Origin: Verrucomicrobiia bacterium
GTDB lineage: Bacteria; Acidobacteriota; Terriglobia; Acidiferrales; UBA7541
Length of the DNA stretch: 64,000 nt
Direction of reading: 5' to 3'
Assembly: GCA_035568155.1 (NCBI GenBank)
Contig: DATMOS010000051.1
Span: 24,156-88,155, forward strand
Shown: positions 19,441 to 29,000 of the stretch, one piece after another
Position numbering within the stretch: position 1 is the stretch's first letter
How the letters are laid out: each line of letters starts with the position of its first letter
Made by a program: the position numbers and the translations under genes
The notes under the pieces: model-generated
Seen by the model: the letters and a program-made list of their open reading frames with translations, nothing else
The model's database searches: none
Told to the model about the DNA's origin: nothing

Positions 19441-20616
19441 TTAGTGAGCGCCGTCTCCAGAGAAAACCGCTGACGGTGTTTGGATGAGAATTTTGAGGTC
19501 CAGCCAGATAGACCAGCCGCGCGCATATTTGAGATCCAGGCGAACCATGTCGTCGAAGCGCGTTCGGCTGCGCCCCTCAACCTGCCACAGGCCGGTAATC
19601 CCAGGCTTGATTTCCAGTACCCGGCGACGATGCCACAGATCGTACGCGCGGAATTCATAGGCAATTGGCGGCCGCGGGCCAACCAGCGACATTTCTCCGC
19701 GCAAAACGTTTATAAACTGAGGCAATTCGTCCAGGCTGGTTTTGCGAATGAATCGTCCAATGGAGGTTATACGAGGATCTTTCTGGATTTTAAAAATCGG
19801 CTTGGTGCCATCCTCGGCAGTTTCACCAATCTGTCCGGATATGAATTGATTAACGTATTCCTGATGGATTTTGGCGTCGCAATTCGTGTACATGGAGCGG
19901 AATTTCAGGAAGGTAAAAGTCTGGCCGTACTGACCAAGCCTCTCCTGGCGAAACAAAACTGGCCCCTTGGACGTTAACTTGATCGCAATAGCGATCGCCG
20001 CGAAGACCGGAGCAGCGAATAGCATCGCCGTCGCACTGCCAAAAATATCCATGGCGCGCTTGATACCCAACGCCAACTTCTTGGAGTCTTCCTTTCGAGA
20101 GATGTCCGGGTATAAAGCCACATTCGCTTCCGGGTTCGATTCGCTTTTCCCATGTTCTTCCGGAAAAAAATGAAACGAAACCGAAATCTTGGAGCTCTTT
20201 TCCTTGCCCACGGTGTTCTGGAACGAGGCGCGCAGTTTCTCCAGCAGGCGTTCGTGAACGACCGCCGGAGAAGTTTCTCCAAGCTCCGTGCCAATGATTC
20301 CAACCAAATTGTTCTCAAGATACCAGCCGAGAATATCGGTCTCGCGTGTGGAATTCGTCAGCGCCACACCTATTTTCCCCAGAGTCCGGTTCTTGTTGCC
20401 GTCTTCCAGGGCCCGTTTTACGTCCACCAGCACCAGCACGAAGCGCTTCTGGGCACGTTCCGCTCGTCGACGCTCCAGGTACAACATAGACACGAAGGCG
20501 TCTTCACTCAGTAAAGCTCGTGCCTCGTTCTCCATGCTGGTGGCTGGAGCATTGTCTTTCAGTTGCAGCTTTTGTGCGGCCACTTCACTTCGCAGCGCAG
20601 TCTTTAGTGAGCTCAT
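19441..20616 (-). CDS. Priming polyprenyl-phosphate sugar phosphotransferase (WcaJ/WbaP family) with an extra N-terminal domain
   Basis: KRAMDI, KFRSM, DPRIT, SLDELPQ, GEMSLVGPRP and KPGITGLWQV motifs. Confidence 0.93.
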   Translation of the reverse strand: MSSLKTALRSEVAAQKLQLKDNAPATSMENEARALLSEDAFVSMLYLERRRAERAQKRFVLVLVDVKRALEDGNKNRTLGKIGVALTNSTRETDILGWYLENNLVGIIGTELGETSPAVVHERLLEKLRASFQNTVGKEKSSKISVSFHFFPEEHGKSESNPEANVALYPDISRKEDSKKLALGIKRAMDIFGSATAMLFAAPVFAAIAIAIKLTSKGPVLFRQERLGQYGQTFTFLKFRSMYTNCDAKIHQEYVNQFISGQIGETAEDGTKPIFKIQKDPRITSIGRFIRKTSLDELPQFINVLRGEMSLVGPRPPIAYEFRAYDLWHRRRVLEIKPGITGLWQVEGRSRTRFDDMVRLDLKYARGWSIWLDLKILIQTPSAVFSGDGAH

Positions 20617-20657
20617 CGTCCTTTTTTCCGGTGCCTGGCTTCCCGTTACTTAAACTC

Positions 20658-21251
20658 TTAAATGCGCGCAGGCATCGCTTCTGCCACGCACTTCCTTGCT
20701 GCTGTCCGTTGCTGCCCTGGTTCCGCAACTGGTGAAAGCCAGTCTAGTTCGACTTCTAACGCCAACGATCGCTGTAGTAATGTGACAGACAAAACCACGC
20801 GATGGTTACCCTTAAAATTCACTAAAATACCCTGTAGGCCCGCCAGGTGACCGTAATTGACCTGTACGTATTCGCCGGTCCGCAGGTAAGGCCAAGGTTG
20901 AGCAGGTATCCCTGAACTTACCGCAACTTGTAACGCCTCGATCTCGGAGTCCGCGATCGGAATCGCTACTTTTCCGGTCCCGACGACTTGTGTGACCCCC
21001 GTCGTCATAACCACCGGCTGCCGGTTTTCATAGTCGAATCGGCAAAAAACATACCCCGGAAACAGCGCCTGTTGAATCTCCTTGGTCCGGTCAGACCACT
21101 TTCTCAAACTCTTGTATGTCGGGAGAAAGCATTCCAGATTTCGGGTTTGAAGTTGAGACGCTACTAACTGTTCTTTTCGAGCGTGTACGTGCAGCGCATA
21201 CCACTTCAGACCTTCGTTTTTGCCGTCCAATTTAGCGTTTACGAGGTCCAA
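20658..21251 (-). CDS. NusG-paralog transcription antiterminator (UpxY/RfaH family)
   Basis: WYALHV, KWSDR, LFPGYVF and a KOW-like C-terminus (GEYVQV..GHLAGLQG); TTG start with AAGGGG RBS; heads the sugar operon. Confidence 0.88.
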   Translation of the reverse strand: MDLVNAKLDGKNEGLKWYALHVHARKEQLVASQLQTRNLECFLPTYKSLRKWSDRTKEIQQALFPGYVFCRFDYENRQPVVMTTGVTQVVGTGKVAIPIADSEIEALQVAVSSGIPAQPWPYLRTGEYVQVNYGHLAGLQGILVNFKGNHRVVLSVTLLQRSLALEVELDWLSPVAEPGQQRTAARKCVAEAMPARI

Positions 21252-21270
21252 ATTTCATCCCCTTGGATGG

Positions 21271-21279
21271 GCTACCGCC
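21271..21279 (-). promoter_or_regulatory. ops-like element GGCGGTAGC
   Basis: Matches the 8-nt core of the RfaH ops (GGCGGTAG), 20 nt upstream of the antiterminator start codon on the coding strand. Confidence 0.5.
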
Positions 21280-22159
21280 ACAAAACTCCCACTTCCATTT
21301 CCCCATCCACCATACAGAAGGCAATTGGTCTGCCACTACTACCGGGACCCAGCGAGCCCTCAACAGCTCTTGCCCCGATATTAAGTATCATATTGTCAGC
21401 GACTTACACGTCCCTCTCTTGCCGTCCTACTTTGCCGTATGACGCCTTCCGAATGAGACCGTTATCTAAATGAGAAAACCGATACCGTATAGTTGCAAAC
21501 AGCTTCCGAGCCACTCTTTCTGCCATTTTGAAGACATCTCGCGGCGACCGTAAATCACACATACCTAAGATGTTACACGCCCTATTAGGGTACCTAAATA
21601 GGGGTTTCACCTTAGATTGCAGCCGTGAGGTCGGTATTCCCCAGCGGTAATTTTGCGCTTTTTCGGTCAGTTTTTACCGGATTGTCCGGATCGCCATTTC
21701 ACATCATTTCCGGCATTGCGAGCGGATTTGCCGCAGACAATTCCCAAATGCGAAATCGGGAGGGTAGGTAGGGCCGACTTCAGGATAGTATAACCTATCC
21801 ACAAGCGTCCAAGGCACGAAAATCGCGCGGGCCCCGGACCCTGAGACGGTCGCTACACTAAAGTGGATACGTTAAAGCGCTGCGGATACGCTAAAACGGA
21901 TAGTCGCCGACTTAACTGCGCGAATAGTGGTCATGTATGCACAAATTGAATTGCCGCGGATTGGCATACCACTCTGGCTTTGCCAAGCCCTGATGAACGA
22001 AGATTTGTCAGCTGAGAACAGATCGGGTCGCCGGTGCTAAGCACTACTGCGATCCTAAGGTGTCAACAACCGCGTCGTATGCCACCAGCCTGGCGCGTCA
22101 TACGGCATTCCTAACTGTTCAAACCGACTCGGTTTGGCTTTGGCAAAGATAGCGGTAAA

Positions 22160-22939
22160 TCATCCCGTCTTGCCTGCGTCTGGTGCCACCCGAAGAGTGT
22201 CGGTCGCCGCACTCCAAAAACGTAAGGATTGAATTTCGCCTTCGGTAATAATTGTGGCTAGAAATTCTGCCGCTGGCACAAAAGAGCGCATGCTCCATCG
22301 CTCACTGTCCGCGCTTCGCAGCGTTGCCGTTTCGCCCGGTTTCAAGGACACGTCGAAGCTGTCGAGTGGAATTTGCAATCCGTCGCCATGAGCCTTTATG
22401 TAGGCCTCCTTGCGCGTCCAGCAGAGAAAAAATGCCGAATCACGCAGTTCTTTTGGTAATTCTGCAAGCTCGCGCTGTTCCGTCGCCGAAAAATAACGCT
22501 TTGCGATTTCTTCGCCGGCAACTTCAGGCCGTATTTTTTCCGTGTCGATTCCTAACTCACGCCCCATGCAAAACCCATAAAGCGCAAGCCCGTGAGAGTG
22601 CGATAAGTTAAAACGCAGAGGATCCCCATCATCGACTAACGAAAGCTTTCCATAGCGCCCTGCTGTGAATTGCACGGCATTTGGCGGGCAGTCCTGGTAT
22701 TTCCCGAGTAGCTCCCGCAGTCTTCCCCTGCCCACTACAAAGTGATCGCGATCCCGCGGGAAAACGAAGCGCTCAGCTCTCGAAACTTCCTTTTCATTTA
22801 AATACGAACGAAGGCGGGTGCGTTCTTCCGGGTCGACATCCAGACAGGCGAGCCAAATGTGTACTTCGTCGTTCTGAATTGTAAGGTCTTGCGCTGCCGG
22901 CGACCAATTCACAGCTTCCATGGCAGGTGAGCATATCAT
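22160..22939 (-). CDS. Sfp-type 4'-phosphopantetheinyl transferase
   Basis: FNLSHS, LGIDTE and WTRKEAYIKA motifs; immediately downstream of the NRPS-PKS. Confidence 0.93.
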   Translation of the reverse strand: MICSPAMEAVNWSPAAQDLTIQNDEVHIWLACLDVDPEERTRLRSYLNEKEVSRAERFVFPRDRDHFVVGRGRLRELLGKYQDCPPNAVQFTAGRYGKLSLVDDGDPLRFNLSHSHGLALYGFCMGRELGIDTEKIRPEVAGEEIAKRYFSATEQRELAELPKELRDSAFFLCWTRKEAYIKAHGDGLQIPLDSFDVSLKPGETATLRSADSERWSMRSFVPAAEFLATIITEGEIQSLRFWSAATDTLRVAPDAGKTG

Positions 22940-23016
22940 TCGACGCTGCGCTGCTCACCGGGTAAATGGGAACAGCCAGGATTCATGTAAATGGCTTAAT
23001 TTCAGTGCAATAAGAG

Positions 23017-26000
23017 TCATTCAACCAGCACTGCCTCCGCCAAGAAATCTGTGCCGTTCGCTGTTGCCTCGACATGAGCATGAAGCCGCGTCTGAAGCTC
23101 GTCTGCCAATCGCGCGACGCGTGGCTCGACCAAAATATTCTGTTGATGTCCGGGTAGCTCGCGAATTTCCAGATGCCCCTTAATGACCGGTTTCCATCCT
23201 AACGATGGGTCCGTAAGCAGGCCCGGCAACTGCTTGCTGGCGCGGAATAACAGCACATCGCCGTTGTACGGACGCGGAACATAATTCATGAACGCGCGAT
23301 CGTGCTCCCTCCCAAGGAGCTCGAGAATATAGGCCATGGAGGCCCGTGTCTTGTGCCCGTTTCCGTTGGACATTTTTTTGTCGAAGGCGATCTGCGTTCG
23401 AGCTTGCATCACATCGCGCGTTCGCCTGAGTCTGTCGCCAAAATATCCAAAACCTCGTTGCAAAAGATTGTCGCGTTCGAGATCGATTCGTTTCGCGGCG
23501 CGATGCCACCACCGGTTAGCGGAGCTGCTGCCAGGTGCAAAAGCAGGCGCACTCGGATGAGTGGTCTGCATCATCACCACTAGCGCAACCTTTTGTCCTG
23601 CAGCTTGCAATTGCTGCGCAGCTTCGAGTGCCACCAACCCGCCGAAACAGAAACCGCCCAAAAAGTAGGGTCCCTCGGATTGCAGCGTTCTGATTTCCTT
23701 CAAATAAGCGGAGGCGATTTGCTCCAGGGATTCATTCTTCGGGATGTTGCCATCCAGACCGCGCGCTTGCAGCGCATATACGGGTTGATCTTTATCGAGG
23801 TGATTGGCCAGCGGATAATATTCAAGGACATTTCCGCCGTGGCTATGAATCAAAAACAACGGCGGTTTAGAGCCTCCGGGCTGCAGCGGTACCAGAGACG
23901 ACCAAGACGGCTTCCAATTTTCTTTGCGCAAAACTTCCGACAGCGCCCCTACCGTAGGCGCTTGTAACAAGGTCGCCAGTGGCAGTCGTCGCCCATAAAT
24001 ATTTTCAATTTCGACGATGATGCGTACCGCCAAGAGCGAGTGGCCGCCCAGATCAAAAAAATTGTCGTTCAGGCCGACGCGCTGCAGTTTCAAAACTTTG
24101 GCCCACAACTGTGCGAGCACTTGTTCAACAGAGTCTCTGGGAGCGAGGAACCCCTCTTTCCCTTCGCTGCTTCTTTGCTCCGGAGCCGGCAAGGCTTTTG
24201 TATCAACCTTTCCGTTCGGCGACAGAGGGAGCCTATCCATGCACACGAATGCCGCCGGCACCATGTATTCCGGCAGCTCTTTCTTCAGGTAGTCGCGAAG
24301 TTCACTGGTTTCGGGCGCCTCATGGCCTTGCGCCTCGAAATAAGCCACCAGCATCTTTTCGCCCGGCCGGTCTTCCCGCGCGGTCACAACACATCCTCTA
24401 ATGCCAGGATGTTTTGCAAGGACGGCCCCGATCTCGCCCAGCTCAATGCGAAAGCCGCGAATCTTTACCTGGTGATCAATGCGCCCGAGGTACTGAATCT
24501 CGCCGGAAGGCAGGTACCGTGAAAGATCCCCGGTTTTGTACAAACGCGCGCCTTTTCGATTGCTGACTAGATCTGGAATAAATCGCTCGGCGGTGAGCTC
24601 AGGGCGGTTCAGGTAGCCACGGGCGAGTCCAATCCCACCGATGTGCAGTTCGCCCCCAATACCGATTGGTACCGGGCTTAAATTGTGGTCGAGAATATAA
24701 ATCTGGGTGTTCGCGATTGGCCGGCCAACGGGAACAAACGAACGCTGGTCATCGCGGCGACACGCCCAATACGTGACGTCAACGGCAGCCTCGGTCGGTC
24801 CGTAAAGATTATGCAATTCCGCATCGCTCGCCGCGAAGAACATGCGTTGCAAATCCGCGCCCAGCTCCTCACCGCTGCAAAACACCTGCCGGATGGACGA
24901 TTGCTTTGGCAGCTTTGCGCTTTCCAGAAATAGCCGCAACATGGATGGCACGAAATGCAGCGTCGTTATTTTTTTCTGCGAAATGACTTGAGCAAGGTAT
25001 TCGGGATCGCGATGGCCGCCCGGCCGGGCCATCACCAAACTAGCGCCAGTGACCAAAGGCCAGAAAAACTCCCACACCGAAACGTCAAAGCTGTACGGAG
25101 TTTTCTGCAGCACCCGATCGGCGGCCGTCAGCCGGTAAGCGTCCTGCATCCACTGCAGGCGATTCACGATTGCTTCGTGAATGTTAACCACACCCTTCGG
25201 TTTGCCAGTCGAGCCTGAAGTGTAAATTACGTACGCGGCATCATTTCGCGTGGATTGCACGCCAAGCTTTGCGTTTGGCTCCGAAGCAATCCGGGCCCAA
25301 TCGCTATCCAGGCAAATGGCGGGAACTTCGTGCAATGGCAATCGTGGCAACAACGTCTCTTGCGTCAAAATCACCGGTGGCTGCGCGTCTTCCAGCATCA
25401 AGGCAAGCCGATTACTTGGGTAGTCGGGGTCGAGTGGCATGTAACATCCACCCGCTTTAAGAATTCCCATCAGCGCCACTACCATCTCGATGGAGCGCTC
25501 TGCGCAAACGGCTACACGCACGTCAGGGCCGACACCCAATTTTTTCAAATGATGTGCCAGTTGATTGCTGCGGCGATTGAGCTCGCGATAAGTTAGGTGC
25601 TGGTCCTCTGAGGTCAATGCCAGTGCCTCAGGGGTCTTATCCACTTGCAATTCGAACCAATTCTGCAGCGTTTCAACGTCGTCGTATTTCGTCGCAGTAT
25701 CGTTCCAGCGCACGGTAATCTCGTGGCGTTCCACTTCCGAGAGAATTGGCAGCCGGTCTATTGCTTGGGTGGGCGCGGCAACGATACTTTCGAGCAGGGT
25801 CTGCAGATGTCCCAGCCATCGTTTAATTGTGGAAGCATCGAAAAGATCGGTGTTGTAGTCGCACTCCAGATACAACGAATGTGGCCCTTCCACAAAGTTG
25901 AAAAACAAATCAAAGTGCAGCGCGCGCTTGGGATTCCGTTCGCATTCGAATTTCAAGCCTTCGAATTCCACTGCGCCGGGATCGCGATCGATGTTGAAGA

Positions 26001-29000
26001 TCACTTCTACGAGCGGCGGTCGGCCAGGGCTGCGCGGAACTTTAATTTCCTGGAGAATTCCTCCGATGGTGCTCTGATTATGGTCGAACGCGTCTAGGAC
26101 ACTATTCTTTACCGCCGCGAGATTCTGCTGGAAGCTGCCGCTGGGTTCCAGACGTGAGCGTACCGGCAGTAAATTGACACAATGCCCTACCAGGCAGTTC
26201 TGACCAGTGATCGCTTGCCCGGCGACTCCCAGCCCGATCACCAGATCGGTTTGGCCCGTTAGCCGGTACAGAAAAGTTTTCAGTGCGGCCATCAGCAGCA
26301 CAACTAGTGTGGTGCGCTGCTGGCCGGCGGTCTTTTTCATCAATAAATGCAGCGGCTCAGGCAGATCCCGTTTCAGCGTGGAAGCCTGCGCGGTTCGCAC
26401 TGCCGGACGAAGCCGGTCGGTGGGCAACTCCAGCGGGGTAGGAATATCCGCAAATTGTTTCACCCAATATTTGGAAGCATCGCGCGCTTCTTCGCTGTCG
26501 CCCTGGTTGGTAATTGCGTACTGGCGGAACGATTCTGGAGCTTCCAGAACTGGTGCGGCTCCTTGTTTCAACGCCGAATAAATCTTTGCCAACTCACTTA
26601 CGATCAGCCCCCCGGACCATCCATCGCACACAATGTGATGCGCGGTCCAAACCACCACATGCCGGTGATCCGAAAGGCGCACAATTTGAACGCGCAGCAG
26701 TGGCCCTTGAGTGAGGTCGAAGGAGCTCGACACCTCCTTCTCAATTAATCTTTGCAGCTCCTGTGCGGGTTTTGGTTTCGCCGAAAAATCCAGTAGTGGT
26801 ACATCCAGCTTTGCGATCGGCTCTATTTTTTGCCATTGGCCGTCTGAGCTAAAGCTGGCAAGCAATATCGGATGCCTTTGAACAATTTGCTGAGTCGCAG
26901 CGCGGAATAATTCAGCATTGAAGTTGCCATGAAACTCCAGCTTCAAAGATTCGTTGTAGCCGAGCGCGGCCTCCCCACCCATTTGCGCGGCCAGCCAGAT
27001 TTCTTTCTGCGCTTCGGTTAATGGAAATTGACCGACTCCAGCAGCCGCGGCTACGGGCACGATTTGGCGTGCTTTGGCTGGGGTATCCGCAAGTTGCGTC
27101 CTGTTCGTCGCAGTTTTTTCAGAGTCGGAACCTGGCGGTGGCAGGAAACCAGCCTCAACCATCGCCTGCAGACTTTCTCGAAACGCGGTCAGCAGCTTCG
27201 CCAGGTCGGCTTCACTGTGCGCGGTGGTGAGTATGAACGCGCGGTTGTCCCAGATGTGAATTCCGCGTTCGCGAAGCAGGTAATGCAGCAACGCTGCATA
27301 TTTCTGGTCTGACGGGAAAGCGAGCTGCATCAGCGAACTGAATTGCGAAAGGTGATAGGGCGCCTGGAATTCTTCAATGATGGCGCGTAATTGTTCAGCA
27401 AGCCGCGCCGTTCTCGCCGTCAAATTTTTCTGCAGCTCCGGGCCTTTTTCTTTCAAATGCAACAGCACCGCTTTAGCGGCCGCCAATGCCAGCGGATGCC
27501 GTACGAAGGTTCCGGCAAAAAATGTTACCCCGACCTCCGGAAACGAAGTGTCGCCATAGTTCCATTGCCCGCCGTCGAGCGCGTCCATATATTTTGGATC
27601 GCCGGTCACCGCGCCGATCGAAATGCCGCCGCCAATCACTTTTCCGTAGGTCGCCAGATCGGCGCGCACGCCGAAATAAGCTTGTGCTCCTCCCGGCTCC
27701 ACGCGGAATCCGGTAACCACCTCATCAAAAATGAGCGCTGATTCCGTTTCTTTAGTTACTTTTCTTAGTTCGTGCAAAAATTCGCGAGGCTGCAAATCCA
27801 AGCGGCGGCTCTGCACCGGCTCGACCAACACTGCGGCGATTTCCGATCCGCGCGCGCGCAAAATGTCCAGCGATTGCGGATTGCCGTAATCGAGCACAAT
27901 CACTTGTGACACCGCGCTGGCCGGTACTCCCGGAGCGCTCGCGGCGGTGCGCGTTTCGCCATTCACTGTGAGCGGACGGAATAGCACTTCATCGAAAATT
28001 CCGTGATACGCGCCGGCGAACACCGCAATCTTGTCGCGTCCCGAGACTGTTCTAGCTACGCGGGTGGCAGCCAAAACCGCTTCCGAGCCAGTGTTGGTGA
28101 ACGCCACCCGCTGCATGCCGGTGAATTCGCGGACCAGTTCCGCGACTTCACCCGCGATGGGCTGAATCGGGCCAATCTCAAATCCCAGATCAAGCTGCTT
28201 CTTCACCGCTTCGACCACGAAGGGCGGCCGGTGCCCAAAGATGCTGGCTCCAAAGCCCATTACGAAGTCCACGTACTCGTTGCCGTCCACGTCCCAGACT
28301 TTTGATCCATCCGAATGCGTGGTGAAAATCGGATAGACCATGTCCTTCCACAATTGTTTGAATCCGCCTACAGAACGCGGGTCCGCAAGGATCGGACGAT
28401 TTTTTATCGCTAATTTCTTCGACTCCGCGGTTCGCTTTGTATAGCGGGCGATAAGTTCCTTCAGCGCGGCAGTCTGTTCCGCGGTCATGGCCATATCCGC
28501 TGCGCGATCGATGGGCTTAAAGGGCCCATGCGATTTCACTTCGGACTTCACAACCATCGGAATGGCAGGCGTTGTCGCAGCCGCTGGCATTGCGGTTGAA
28601 ACGGGTGATGGTGTCGCTGCCGCTTGCGCAGGAGCGCGGCCCATCAGCTGTAAGACTTGCTGCGTCAGCGCTTGTTGTTGCTGCAATATTTGTTCAAGGA
28701 TCGAAGTCGGTATGTTTCCGGCTCCCAAATTTCCCGCTGCAACGGTTTGCTGCGTGGTCGCGGTTGTTGGCAGCTGCGCCGGCGTTGCGGGAGGCGCAAA
28801 AGCATCCGCGGGCAATGTCGCGTCCAGGTGTTCGGCAATTTGTTGTAGCGAACCCAATTCCTCCATCAACTGGCGGAAAGTTATGGGCACGCCGAATTTC
28901 CGGTGAAAAACCTGCGCGGCTTGAGTCAACAAAAGTGAATCCAGCCCCAATTCCAGGAGGCTGACAGCCGGGTCCACCTGAGACAGGTCGTAGCCGCTAA

